This document shows, piece by piece, positions 1 through 8,587 of a DNA stretch of 18,644 nucleotides. Below the pieces are notes generated by a model. The model made no database searches. It was not told the DNA's origin and saw nothing but the letters and a program-made list of their open reading frames with translations. Made by a program: the position numbers and the translations under genes. The first letter of the stretch is position 1. The number at the start of each line of letters is the position of its first letter. This stretch comes from an uncultured Bdellovibrionales bacterium (GTDB lineage: Bacteria; Bdellovibrionota; Bdellovibrionia; Bdellovibrionales; JAMPXM01): the NCBI GenBank assembly GCA_964405465.1, contig CAYONZ010000011.1, positions 57,800-76,443 of the forward strand. Reading direction: 5' to 3'.

Positions 1-978
1 GGAAACCTCGTTCCTGGATTTTCAAATTTTTTGCAAGCACTGTCGCTCGGGTCGACCTCTTTGCCTCTCGCGATTGGACTCATTTTGATGATGTATCCTC
101 CGTTGGCAAGAGTGAAATATGAAGAGCTACCTCAGGTATTTTTGAATAAGCGGATTTTGCTTTTGTCTCTTGTGCAGAACTGGTTACTTGGACCTGTTCT
201 TATGTTTGCATTGGCTGTGATCTTTCTTCGGGATCGCCCAGAATACATGAGTGGGCTTATTTTGATAGGCTTAGCTCGATGTATAGCTATGGTGATTGTT
301 TGGAATGATTTGGCAGGTGGTAGCCGTGAGTACTGTGCCGGATTGGTGGCCATGAATTCAGTTTTTCAAATCTTGTCATTTCCATTTCTGGCATTTTTAT
401 TTTTAACTTTGATCCCGCGATGGATGGGATTACCTGGGACGAACGTGTTCATTGGTATCGGAGATGTGGCTCAGGCTGTGCTGCTCTATCTTGGTCTTCC
501 GTTCGGCGCTGGATATTTCACGAGAAGGCTTCTCATAAAAAATCGCGGACCAAAATGGTATGAAACTAAATTTCTGCCCAAAATCTCTCCATTGACTCTT
601 GTATTTTTGCTTTTCACAATTCTGGTGATGTTTTCTCTAAAAGCAAATCAGATTTTGAGTCTACCCCTTGATGTCTTCAGAATCATGATTCCACTATTGC
701 TCTACTTCTTGATCATGTTTACGCTTTCTTTTTTTATGAGTTATCGGGTAGGGGCGGGTTATCAAGAGTCGGCCACTCTCTCGTTTACAGCAGCATCAAA
801 CAATTTTGAATTAGCCATTGCGGTCGCTGTGGCGACTTTTGGAATTAATCATGGAGCCGCATTTGCGGCAGTCATCGGACCTTTGGTTGAAGTTCCGGTC
901 TTGATTGGTCTGGTGAATGCCTCGCTTTGGATTCAGAGGCGATTTTTTAACTCCTCGCAGGTGGCAGTGAATGTCTAA
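1..978 (+). CDS. acr3: ACR3-family arsenite efflux permease, 5'-partial (reading frame is open to position 1; the 'M' at 31 is a TTG)
   Basis: Polytopic membrane protein whose N-terminal stretch ('[24 protein letters not shown]', '[17 protein letters not shown]') matches the ACR3 family as I recall it (Bacillus ArsB/ACR3). Frame 1 is open from base 1, so the N-terminus lies upstream of the window. ArsC follows immediately, overlapping by 8 nt. Confidence 0.75.
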   Translation, partial: GNLVPGFSNFLQALSLGSTSLPLAIGLILMMYPPLARVKYEELPQVFLNKRILLLSLVQNWLLGPVLMFALAVIFLRDRPEYMSGLILIGLARCIAMVIVWNDLAGGSREYCAGLVAMNSVFQILSFPFLAFLFLTLIPRWMGLPGTNVFIGIGDVAQAVLLYLGLPFGAGYFTRRLLIKNRGPKWYETKFLPKISPLTLVFLLFTILVMFSLKANQILSLPLDVFRIMIPLLLYFLIMFTLSFFMSYRVGAGYQESATLSFTAASNNFELAIAVAVATFGINHGAAFAAVIGPLVEVPVLIGLVNASLWIQRRFFNSSQVAVNV

Positions 979-1396
979 GGTCGTGAAGATTTTATTTTTA
1001 TGTGTGGCGAACTCGGCGCGAAGCCAATTGGCGGAAGGTTTGGCAAAAGAAATATTTGCCGAGATGGCGCAAATCGAAAGTGCGGGGTCGCAACCTTCGG
1101 GAAAAATTCAACCTTGGGCCATAGAGGTCTTGCGTGATCAGGGAATTGATATTTCCAAAAACTATTCAAAATCGATCGATGACCTGCCTCGCGATTTTTT
1201 AATGAGCTTGGACTATGTGATTACTCTTTGTGCCGAAGAGGTATGTCCAGTGCTCTCCTCACCCGCGAAGCGACTTCACTGGCCGATTCGCGATCCGGCC
1301 ATGGTGAATGAGTCGCAAAAAGCACAGGCTTTCACCGAAGCTCGAGACGAAATTCGCAAACGAATTGAAGATTTTCAAACGACGCTATTAAAGTAA
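971..1396 (+). CDS. arsC: Arsenate reductase, LMW-PTP / thioredoxin-coupled type
   Basis: 141 aa. The CX5R P-loop 'CVANSARS' sits at the N-terminus, and the downstream Cys pair lies in 'TLCAEEVCP', arranged like B. subtilis ArsC (Cys10/Cys82/Cys89). The gene is translationally coupled to the ACR3 gene. Confidence 0.85.
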   Translation: MSKVVKILFLCVANSARSQLAEGLAKEIFAEMAQIESAGSQPSGKIQPWAIEVLRDQGIDISKNYSKSIDDLPRDFLMSLDYVITLCAEEVCPVLSSPAKRLHWPIRDPAMVNESQKAQAFTEARDEIRKRIEDFQTTLLK

Positions 1397-1513
1397 GAAT
1401 GTTGAAGTCATACTTATGAGTTCGGAGTATTGAAATAAATTTGGCTACCTGGAGCTTGCTCTGTAGATTTTGAGTCAGTAGGATGACATTTACAAAATCT
1501 TTGGGAGTCATCT

Positions 1514-2380
1514 ATGAAACTGGTGTTGCTTGCTCTATTTTCCCTTCTTTTTTTTAATTCGGTGTGGGCTTTTGGGGCCAATTTTGGGTCTTCAATTGAG
1601 GTCGGTGATTCAATGAGAGCATTTGCTGAAGCGCCAAAATTTGCAGCCGTTGTTGCTGATGCTGATTCGGCAAATCCTGAAGAGGTGCCCATGGCAGAGC
1701 AAGCTTTGGACAAAGTGCCAGACAAAAACAGTTTGCAGACTAAAGATAAAAAAGTGGGTGGTACGGTCGAGGCTTTGACTGACGCACTATCTGAAACCAA
1801 AAGCCGTCGTCAGAATGCGGATTACTTTGCACTCTTAAATTATTCTCCAATTGATATGTTATTGCCAAGCAAGCTGGGTGCAAGCTTCGGATGGAATTCT
1901 GATGTCTCAAAGACCTATGAACTAGAATATCTGCACAGTGGAATTTCAGCCTCTTGGCTTTTAGCTGATTTTGGCAGTATGTCGGACGATCGCATTTCGA
2001 TCATGGCAAGATCCTATGCCTCACGAAATAGTTTTCAATTCAGTTACGGTCTAACTTACTTTGATTTCTCTTTGCATGTCGGGGATCAACTTTTGAGCCG
2101 CCTGACATCTGCAACCTATCCATCAATTGATTTGGTACAAATTCAATCACTGGGTTTTAATCTGGGACTCGGCAATAGATGGACATTTCAACATGATATC
2201 ACCTTTGGCATCGATTGGATTTCGTGGGCCCAACCTTTGTATACGTTAAGTCGCAAGGCTGCATTTCTTGATGTGGCGACTAATTCACAAGACCGTGATC
2301 TGCTTGATCGGGCCATGAAGCTGATTTCCTATCTGCCGCGATTTTCATTTCTCAAGCTTCAACTAGGAATTCTGTTTTAG
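1514..2380 (+). CDS. Secreted protein, putative outer-membrane beta-barrel protein
   Basis: The Shine-Dalgarno sequence GGGAG lies 8 nt upstream of the start. There is a clear signal peptide 'MKLVLLALFSLLFFNSVWA'. The C-terminus 'FSFLKLQLGILF*' has alternating hydrophobic residues and a terminal Phe, the typical OMP beta-signal. No catalytic motif was recognised. Confidence 0.5.
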   Translation: MKLVLLALFSLLFFNSVWAFGANFGSSIEVGDSMRAFAEAPKFAAVVADADSANPEEVPMAEQALDKVPDKNSLQTKDKKVGGTVEALTDALSETKSRRQNADYFALLNYSPIDMLLPSKLGASFGWNSDVSKTYELEYLHSGISASWLLADFGSMSDDRISIMARSYASRNSFQFSYGLTYFDFSLHVGDQLLSRLTSATYPSIDLVQIQSLGFNLGLGNRWTFQHDITFGIDWISWAQPLYTLSRKAAFLDVATNSQDRDLLDRAMKLISYLPRFSFLKLQLGILF

Positions 2381-2478
2381 GGCAATACTGAACCGGTTAC
2401 CAGTGAAACTTCGAAACCTTCTTTGATGCCGACTAGCCCAGTTCCTGCAAAAAATAAAAAAGCGAACAAATAAATGTT

Positions 2479-2510
2479 TTTTATTTAAGTAAGAGCGAGT
2501 TTATCAACGC
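2479..2510. terminator. Hairpin with an 11-bp perfect stem (GTAAGAGCGAG-N10-CTCGCTCTTAC) in the convergent gap, flanked by A- and T-rich runs
   Basis: The inverted repeat is visible in the sequence. On the + strand it is preceded by an A-run at 2449-2462 and a T-run at 2466-2476. It lies between the stop of the 1514..2380 gene and the stop of the flotillin gene (2544). The geometry is not canonical for either strand. Confidence 0.3.
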
Positions 2511-2543
2511 TCGCTCTTACGTTCTCTCGATCAAAGTACAAAA

Positions 2544-4613
2544 TTATTTAGGAGATGGATTCATTCGGTCGCGAATCGTGTTGGCTAGAAGCACATCGAC
2601 CAATGTTCCACCACCAGTCCCAGATCCTGAGGCGACAATATCAGGCACCAACTTCACTCCAGACTTCGCGAGCGATTCCGCGACCTGAACAATCGCATAG
2701 TTGTTGGATTCCATCGAAGCAATCTTCAGCTTAATCACTGAGGCCTCAGCTTCACCAATCGCTTTGGTCTTAGCGGCTTCAGCTTCACCCACAGATCGCA
2801 AAACAGTGGCGTCAGCCTCTGCATTGATCTTTTTAGATTGAGCCTGACCTTCGGCAGATTTGACTGTCGCTTTGGCACTGAACTCAGCGATGGCGACTTG
2901 TCTTTCGGCATCCACCACTTTTGCTTGAGTTGCGGCCAGAGCTGTTGCTTGTTCCAACTCTTGTTTCACGACTTGAGCTTCTCTTTGGGTATTGTAGGTG
3001 ACCCGCTCTTGCTCGGCAATTTTGCGATCAGTTAGAGTTTTCATCAGCTCATCTGGAGGAACAATATCGCCAATCAGTGTGTCGACGGCTCCGACATTGT
3101 ACTCTTTCAATGCTGTTGAAATTGCAAGCCGAGCCTGCTCTTGCCTTTGAGACCTGTTCTTCAAGAAATCTATAATGTCTGATCCTTGAGCCGCATTTCG
3201 AAAATAGTTGCCAATGGTCGGTTCAAGAACTTGAGTGACCAAGGCCGAGAGGCCGCCGAATCTCGCGATCACTTTGGGAGCGTCATTGCGCGGAATATGA
3301 ATGATCTGCGAAACATCTAAATTAAATTTAAAACCATCGGCTGAGCGCACGGTGATGGTCGAAAGCTTTTCATCAAGTTTGTGCGCCTCTGATTTTCCAG
3401 TGGCCCAATTGAGAACCACATTGGCTGTAGGAACACAACTGACTTTGTGGGTATGCGGATTGAGTGGGTATCGACCCGGATCAAGTGGGTCTACCCAAAC
3501 ACCTTTCTCACCACGGCTGACGAGATTGCCATGGCGAAACGATTCGCCTGTGACATCTCGACCTTCTTTGCCAACGAATGCGATGACCACACCGACATTT
3601 GCAATTGGAACTTCCGTCATTTCAACAATTTCAATTGTTGCAAATCGGGGGTTGATAAAATATCGACCAGACAAAAGAACTTGCTCTTGCAATCCCTTGT
3701 AGCCTCCACCATCACAAAATTCCTGAGGATTTTGAAACATATTGTGACCCTGCACGAGTGGACCTGCAATTTCGCCAGCAGGAAGTGCGGCACCTTCTCT
3801 GGTGGTTACAATACCGACCTTGTTGTCGGGAATATCGACTACTTCAGAAGTTTGAACTTCAAAAAGAAGCGGATTGATTCGGTAGGTACCCGGAGCAATG
3901 ATCGACATCTGTGGTCCACGTTCTCCACCGTTGTTAAAGAATGCACTTGCATCTTGAAAAGAGTTGCAGTTGACTTGCCTAGCAATGATTCGACCATTGG
4001 TGATAGGTTGGCCGTCGCGCGCCTCCACAACACCAATTTTACCTTGGGGAATCGACACCACACTGGCCAATTCCACTGTAAACAAAAGAGGATTAATTCG
4101 GTAAGTTCCGGGAGCAATCACATTCATTTGTGGTCCGCGCTCTCCACCGTTTTGCAAGAAGGCACGTGCATCTTGAAAGTTATCGCATTCGACGTGACGA
4201 GCGATAATTCGCCCACTCGCAAGCGACTGTCCATCACAAGCTTCAACAATTCCCACTTGATCGGGAGGAACAACAAAAAATTTCACCTTTTCGACCGTGT
4301 ACTGCCATGGCCAAAGTGCAAAATGAATTCCAGGAGGAAGTGTGTCGGCTTGGTAACCAGCCTCACCGTTGAGGGCGATGATACGGCCATCCGGAAGAGT
4401 CTTTTGCGAGCCAAAGAGGACGAATTTTTTCGTGACAATACCGAGGCTATCATCAGGGATAATGATGACGCCAAAGAGCCAGAGTAGCCAGCGAAACCCA
4501 CTCGCCAAGAGTACAACCACAAGCAATATTCCCGCGATCCAGAGCAAATAACCGTTTTCCATTTTTTCCTTTCTTGAAAAAATATATTTTGTTTGGAGAG
4601 ATCCTAGTTTCAT
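2544..4613 (-). CDS. SPFH/band-7 flotillin-family membrane protein (YqiK-like)
   Basis: 689 aa. It has an N-terminal transmembrane segment 'LLWIAGILLVVVLLASGF' and an SPFH-like central region. The C-terminus is a long Ala/Glu/Gln-rich coiled-coil ('EAQVVKQELEQATALAATQAKVVDAERQVAIAEF...') typical of flotillins. Three tandem repeats of about 72 aa precede the SPFH part. Confidence 0.7.
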   Translation of the reverse strand: MKLGSLQTKYIFSRKEKMENGYLLWIAGILLVVVLLASGFRWLLWLFGVIIIPDDSLGIVTKKFVLFGSQKTLPDGRIIALNGEAGYQADTLPPGIHFALWPWQYTVEKVKFFVVPPDQVGIVEACDGQSLASGRIIARHVECDNFQDARAFLQNGGERGPQMNVIAPGTYRINPLLFTVELASVVSIPQGKIGVVEARDGQPITNGRIIARQVNCNSFQDASAFFNNGGERGPQMSIIAPGTYRINPLLFEVQTSEVVDIPDNKVGIVTTREGAALPAGEIAGPLVQGHNMFQNPQEFCDGGGYKGLQEQVLLSGRYFINPRFATIEIVEMTEVPIANVGVVIAFVGKEGRDVTGESFRHGNLVSRGEKGVWVDPLDPGRYPLNPHTHKVSCVPTANVVLNWATGKSEAHKLDEKLSTITVRSADGFKFNLDVSQIIHIPRNDAPKVIARFGGLSALVTQVLEPTIGNYFRNAAQGSDIIDFLKNRSQRQEQARLAISTALKEYNVGAVDTLIGDIVPPDELMKTLTDRKIAEQERVTYNTQREAQVVKQELEQATALAATQAKVVDAERQVAIAEFSAKATVKSAEGQAQSKKINAEADATVLRSVGEAEAAKTKAIGEAEASVIKLKIASMESNNYAIVQVAESLAKSGVKLVPDIVASGSGTGGGTLVDVLLANTIRDRMNPSPK
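3840..4270 (-). repeat. Intragenic tandem repeat with a period of about 216 bp, encoding the repeated 'GRIIARxVxCxxFQDAxAFxxNGGERGPQMxxIAPGTYRINPLLF' module of the flotillin
   Basis: DNA-level similarity between 3871-3935 and 4088-4152 (ggattGattcggtaGgtAcccggagcaatgAtcgacatCtgtggtcc versus ggattAattcggtaAgtTccgggagcaatcAcattcatTtgtggtcc). Protein-level repeats are about 80% identical, and a third degenerate copy follows. Confidence 0.7.
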
Positions 4614-4807
4614 ACAACTGCTTCAGGAGTTGAAGCGAAATCGGATGCTGCAATGTGAGCGTGCTGTGCGCAAGTCGTGCCTAAGATCAATGGGATTCAG
4701 TGTCGAACACTCATTCGAGTTCTACGAGTTTTAAGAGAGATGAGTGAACATAAGATCATTAAAAATGACACGTCTCGCATCTTGCCGCGCACAGTGTTGA
4801 CATCTTC

Positions 4808-4996
4808 ATGGGTCATTGCACTGGGGGAAAAATCATAAGCTTTGATGAGAAGAGCGTTCATTTGCGCTCAGGAAAAGGTGTCTACAACTTTCAAAAGTCT
4901 GATTTGAACTTTCCATCCTATCAAGTGGGCAATGAAATTCAATTGCCTATGACGAGACTCCAGCTCAACGAACTCAAATCGATTCAAGCAAAATAG
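4808..4996 (+). CDS. Small hypothetical ORF (62 aa); doubtful
   Basis: The ORF has no SD sequence and begins only 6 nt after a TTGACA hexamer. Its 3' end coincides with a ~43-bp element that is repeated at 8710-8752. It may be a gene remnant rather than a live gene. Confidence 0.15.
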   Translation: MGHCTGGKIISFDEKSVHLRSGKGVYNFQKSDLNFPSYQVGNEIQLPMTRLQLNELKSIQAK

Positions 4997-5028
4997 CGGG
5001 CCTACCTGGCTGGGTTGGTAAGTCGAAG

Positions 5029-5331
5029 TTAAAGCTCGATCCGATCTTTGATAATTCCATCTCGATAAGACGAGGCAATTTGATCTTCATGAACTAAGTC
5101 TACCTTGTAAGGTAACCGTGATTCCTCGATGTCTTCTGCGATTTTCGAAAGATATCCGGAAGGGAAGGGAGTGTTGGGGCTTGAATAGAGAAGATCAACA
5201 TCAGAAAATTTCTGCTGGGTTCCTCTTGCGCGAGATCCAAAAATCCAAACGCGACAGCCCCAGGATTTTAAAGGTTCGATTACATTTTGAGACAAAATAG
5301 AATATTCCTCGGAAGTCATACCTGAGATCAT
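5029..5331 (-). CDS. Minimal nucleotidyltransferase (MNT, pol-beta fold), MntA-like antitoxin partner of the HEPN protein
   Basis: 100 aa. The GS-x10-DxD motif appears as 'GSRARGTQQKFSDVDL'. The start overlaps the stop of the upstream HEPN gene by 4 nt (ATGA). A paralog lies at 7833..8138. Confidence 0.8.
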   Translation of the reverse strand: MISGMTSEEYSILSQNVIEPLKSWGCRVWIFGSRARGTQQKFSDVDLLYSSPNTPFPSGYLSKIAEDIEESRLPYKVDLVHEDQIASSYRDGIIKDRIEL

Positions 5332-5717
5332 TTGTTTTTGAGGTTGGCTAAAAGTTGTTGTGCTTCTGGAAAAAATGCGGTCGCTATTTTTATGACTTCA
5401 ACAGCAATGTCTTCGTCATAGGCGTGAGAGGTCTTATTTCTTCCCTCAATAAAATCAAACCATAAATTTGGATCGGAAATCAATTGATTCTGTGCCATCT
5501 CACGAACGACAGGTTTTGCGGCGGTTGATTTTGATCCAAGAACTTTGGCTGAGACTTTCCATGCGATTTCAATCGAGTACTCAAAACGTTGAATTGCAGC
5601 ATCTCGAACGAACTTGTAAAAAGCCGAACTTTGAGAGTGTTGTTCCCTATTTAACTCATTCAGTGCCTCCTGAAGAGACAGCAAAGCTTTTTCAAACTCA
5701 ACAATACTAACACTCAT
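5328..5717 (-). CDS. HEPN-domain protein (nucleotidyltransferase substrate-binding / HepT-like putative RNase toxin)
   Basis: 129 aa, helical. The C-terminal 'RNKTSHAYDED' fits the HEPN Rx4HxY motif. It is immediately upstream of the MNT gene and translationally coupled to it. Confidence 0.75.
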   Translation of the reverse strand: MSVSIVEFEKALLSLQEALNELNREQHSQSSAFYKFVRDAAIQRFEYSIEIAWKVSAKVLGSKSTAAKPVVREMAQNQLISDPNLWFDFIEGRNKTSHAYDEDIAVEVIKIATAFFPEAQQLLANLKNK

Positions 5718-5875
5718 TGATCACCTTCTTTGATACGAAGAACTTTTCGACAGGGGCCTCTCTATTCGCAAGATTACTGATGAAACTGTTCAAGCCGCAA
5801 TAATTCACGGTAAACAGCAAACGCGATTTTGTCAAAGGCCATGACAGGCTAGCGGCAGCGACAGGCGCTCACAAA

Positions 5876-6451
5876 TTATTTTTCGTGATGGGTTCCAACA
5901 CGCAAAACCATTTGAATATCTGCAATCGATTGGCCGTTGATTCGAAACAGATCTTCGGTCGTACCGATTTGTTTGAACCCCAGAGATTCATAGAGAGACA
6001 CGGCGGGTGTATTGTGAGCGAAGACATAGAGTTCGATCCAATCAATGCCGGCTTGGGCCCTCGCCCAAGTGATGGCCGTGTCGGCTAACTTTCTGCCCCA
6101 GCCTTGACCGCGTGCCTCACGCTCAAGGCCCATTCCAAAAACAGCGCGATGGAGTGAAGCCTTAAGGCTACCAGATTTTAGGTCTGCGTGGCCCACAATG
6201 CGATCCTCTTTTTCAACGATCCAAACGGCTTCCCACCCAACTTGATCAAGTGGCTTCGACCACTTGACTTTGAGTTTTTCAACGAACTCGTTTTTGTTCC
6301 ACTCCGCGTGATCGCTTGTTGGGTGAAAGATAATATCGCCATTGCCAGACTCACCAAAGTGTCTTTGCAGGTGTTCAAAAAACCGAGCTTCATCTCCCGG
6401 CTGTGTACGTCGAAGTTTCATTCTCGTCTCACTTCTGTTGTTATCGATCAA
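5876..6451 (-). CDS. GNAT-family N-acetyltransferase
   Basis: The acetyl-CoA-binding motif 'QGWGRKLADTAI' (Q/R-x-x-G-x-G/A) and the C-terminal 'YESLGFKQ' are typical of GNAT enzymes. The more likely start is the second Met (MKLRRTQPGDE) at 6421. It is on the same strand as the HEPN/MNT pair 1, 158 bp upstream of it. Confidence 0.7.
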   Translation of the reverse strand: MIDNNRSETRMKLRRTQPGDEARFFEHLQRHFGESGNGDIIFHPTSDHAEWNKNEFVEKLKVKWSKPLDQVGWEAVWIVEKEDRIVGHADLKSGSLKASLHRAVFGMGLEREARGQGWGRKLADTAITWARAQAGIDWIELYVFAHNTPAVSLYESLGFKQIGTTEDLFRINGQSIADIQMVLRVGTHHEK

Positions 6452-6647
6452 TTTAACAACAAGTCTGTCATCGGATCAACCTTAAGCTTCCGCCGAAAGA
6501 CTCTAGGCCGTCCTCCACAAATCACTTTACGAAGCGTCATTGTAATCCTCGTTCAATAAACAATATTTGATTATTGAAATAGAAAAAGATCTAAGATCTT
6601 GACCTTCAAACTTCACGCTATACTCTATTAACTCAGTGGAGGTGTGA

Positions 6648-7829
6648 ATGAAATTTTTGATACTTGTTCTTTCGACATTGTGCCTGCCAATGAGTGCGCT
6701 TTCTCAAGTCAATCCCGCGGCGGAGGCCAGCAATCAGTTCGCCTTTGACATGTACAAGGTGAACGCAAAGAACTCAGACAACTTATTTTTCTCTCCACTG
6801 AGTCTTGAAGCGGCGCTGGCGATGACAGCGGCCGGTGCACAAAACGAAACTTTAAATCAAATGACCAAGACCTTGCATTTGCCTCCGAATTACCACCCAG
6901 AGTTTCGAACTTTGCTCGGGCAATTGAAGGGCGGTAGACACTTTCAATTGTTCATTGCCAATCGAATCTGGGGAAGTCTTGGGACTGAATACTATCCCTC
7001 ATTTCTTAATTTACTTCAGGAAAATTACGGTGCCGGCTTATCGGGGCTTGATTTCAAAACGCAACCTGAACCGTCTCGTTTAAAAATCAATGAGTGGGTT
7101 CAGCAGCAAACGAAAGATAAGATCAAAGACCTCTTGCCCCAAAAATCTATCACCGCGGAAACGGATCTTGTTTTGACCAATGCAATCTATTTTAAGGGCA
7201 AATGGGCAGAGCCGTTCAAAAAAGATCTCACGAAAGAAGACAGTTTTTTCGTAGCAGCAACACAAAGAAAGTCGATTCCGTTTATGCATCTCACCTCGCA
7301 TTTTCGCTATGCTGAAAATGCCGACATGCAATTTCTTGAAATGAATTACCTGGGGAATGAACTCGCGATGGACATTCTGCTTCCCAAAGATGGTGTCGAG
7401 TTGTCTTCGATTGAGAAAAAAATAAGTACTTCAGTCCTCGAAGAACTGATTGGCAAAAGTTCATTTGAAGAGGTTCAAGTGTCGATACCGAAATTTAAAA
7501 CTGAATCATCAATGAGTTTGAAAGAGACTTTAACGGCAATGGGCATGCCTTTGGCTTTTGACGAGGAAAAAGCTAACTTTCATGGAATGCGAAAAATTCT
7601 TCCAGGTAAAAATCTCTATATTTCTAAAGTCATGCACAAGGCCTTTGTTGATGTTGATGAAGAGGGAACTGAGGCGGCTGCCGCAACAGCGGTTGTGATG
7701 GGGATTGGGACTGGTCGGCCGTCACGACTTCAGCCAAAAATCTTTAAAGCAAATCGACCTTTTATATTTTTAATTCGCCACTTGAGCTCTGGAGCCATTC
7801 TTTTTATGGGCCGCTATACCCAGCCTTAA
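6648..7829 (+). CDS. Secreted serpin (serine protease inhibitor family)
   Basis: Strong SD GGAGGTG. Signal peptide 'MKFLILVLSTLCLPMSALSQ'. The serpin hinge 'EEGTEAAAATAVVMG' and the C-terminal signature 'FKANRPFIFLIRH' are both present. At 393 aa the length is typical of serpins. Confidence 0.85.
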   Translation: MKFLILVLSTLCLPMSALSQVNPAAEASNQFAFDMYKVNAKNSDNLFFSPLSLEAALAMTAAGAQNETLNQMTKTLHLPPNYHPEFRTLLGQLKGGRHFQLFIANRIWGSLGTEYYPSFLNLLQENYGAGLSGLDFKTQPEPSRLKINEWVQQQTKDKIKDLLPQKSITAETDLVLTNAIYFKGKWAEPFKKDLTKEDSFFVAATQRKSIPFMHLTSHFRYAENADMQFLEMNYLGNELAMDILLPKDGVELSSIEKKISTSVLEELIGKSSFEEVQVSIPKFKTESSMSLKETLTAMGMPLAFDEEKANFHGMRKILPGKNLYISKVMHKAFVDVDEEGTEAAAATAVVMGIGTGRPSRLQPKIFKANRPFIFLIRHLSSGAILFMGRYTQP

Positions 7830-7832
7830 ACT

Positions 7833-8138
7833 CTAGATCTCTACCATTGAGGCTTCGACGTTTTGGCGATAGCTCTTCGCTAGGTTTTTGTTGTTTACGA
7901 GATCGATTTTGTATGGAAACTGAGACTCTTCGAAAAAAATGAGAAGACTCGAGATAAACGTGGAGTCGATCGGGTGGTGTTCATTTTCAATAATCAACAA
8001 ATCAATATCAGAAAATCTGTGGTGCTTGGTGTGGACTCTCGAACCAAAAACAAAAATCTTCGCCTTCCGTGCTTTCAAAGGTTGTATAAGGTGTTGGTCC
8101 AAAAAAGAATATTCTGAATCGGTTAAGCCAAATTTCAC
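7833..8138 (-). CDS. Minimal nucleotidyltransferase (MNT), paralog 2
   Basis: 101 aa with the motif 'GSRVHTKHHRFSDIDL'. It is about 45% identical to the MNT at 5029..5331 over its full length. It overlaps the upstream HEPN gene by 4 nt. Confidence 0.8.
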   Translation of the reverse strand: MKFGLTDSEYSFLDQHLIQPLKARKAKIFVFGSRVHTKHHRFSDIDLLIIENEHHPIDSTFISSLLIFFEESQFPYKIDLVNNKNLAKSYRQNVEASMVEI

Positions 8139-8587
8139 GTCAAGATATCCTCAATTTTTTGACAAAGATCCTCGAAGTAGGGGATTGATTTTTGTGTGAT
8201 AGCGTAGACCTCTTTGGCAACGTCTTCGTCATAAGTGTGAGAAGTTTTATTTCTAGCGGTGAGCAGCTCAAACCAAGTGTCAGTCTCATCGATGAGATTG
8301 TTTCTAGCCATGTCCCGGATTGCCGTGTTCGGAGATTTGAGTTCAAGACCGAGAGCTTTAACTGCAGTTTTCCACGAGAGTTCCACGCAAAACTCGAACC
8401 TTTGAATGCATGAGTCTCGCAGAGCTTTTTGCAGCTCGACTGCTTGTGGTTGACCATTCCGAGCTTCGTCTAAAAGCCTTGAGGATGTCTTTAAAGACGC
8501 AATTACATTTTTTAACTCTTGGGTGGATAGAGAGGTTGATTTCAACTGAAGGCTCCCGGAGAAAAATTGGATCAGGTTCTGGACCAT
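8135..8587 (-). CDS. HEPN-domain protein, paralog 2 (HepT-like)
   Basis: 150 aa with 'RNKTSHTYDED' (Rx4HxY). It is collinear with HEPN1 ('CIQRFEFCVELSWKTAVKALG' versus 'AIQRFEYSIEIAWKVSAKVLG') and carries an N-terminal extension of about 20 aa. Confidence 0.75.
   Translation of the reverse strand: MVQNLIQFFSGSLQLKSTSLSTQELKNVIASLKTSSRLLDEARNGQPQAVELQKALRDSCIQRFEFCVELSWKTAVKALGLELKSPNTAIRDMARNNLIDETDTWFELLTARNKTSHTYDEDVAKEVYAITQKSIPYFEDLCQKIEDILT

Noticed and set aside
1414-1800. 128-aa - strand ORF, and similar antisense ORFs at 132..353, 975..1169, 5118..5300, 5468..5710, 5885..6088, 6178..6559, 7080..7331, 7939..8630, 8915..9534, 10218..10568, 11352..11555, 13265..13471, 14295..14612, 15663..15884, 16167..16440, 16454..16723 and 16789..17245
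   Set aside because: Each overlaps a stronger CDS on the other strand or in another frame and has no recognisable features.
3447-4487. 346-aa ORF on the + strand (and other 60-130-aa ORFs such as 2838..3035, 3301..3702, 3839..4117 and 4283..4522) overlapping the flotillin gene
   Set aside because: They lie antisense to, or out of frame within, a well-supported 689-aa CDS. Their translations are low-complexity with no motifs and are shadow ORFs of a coding region.
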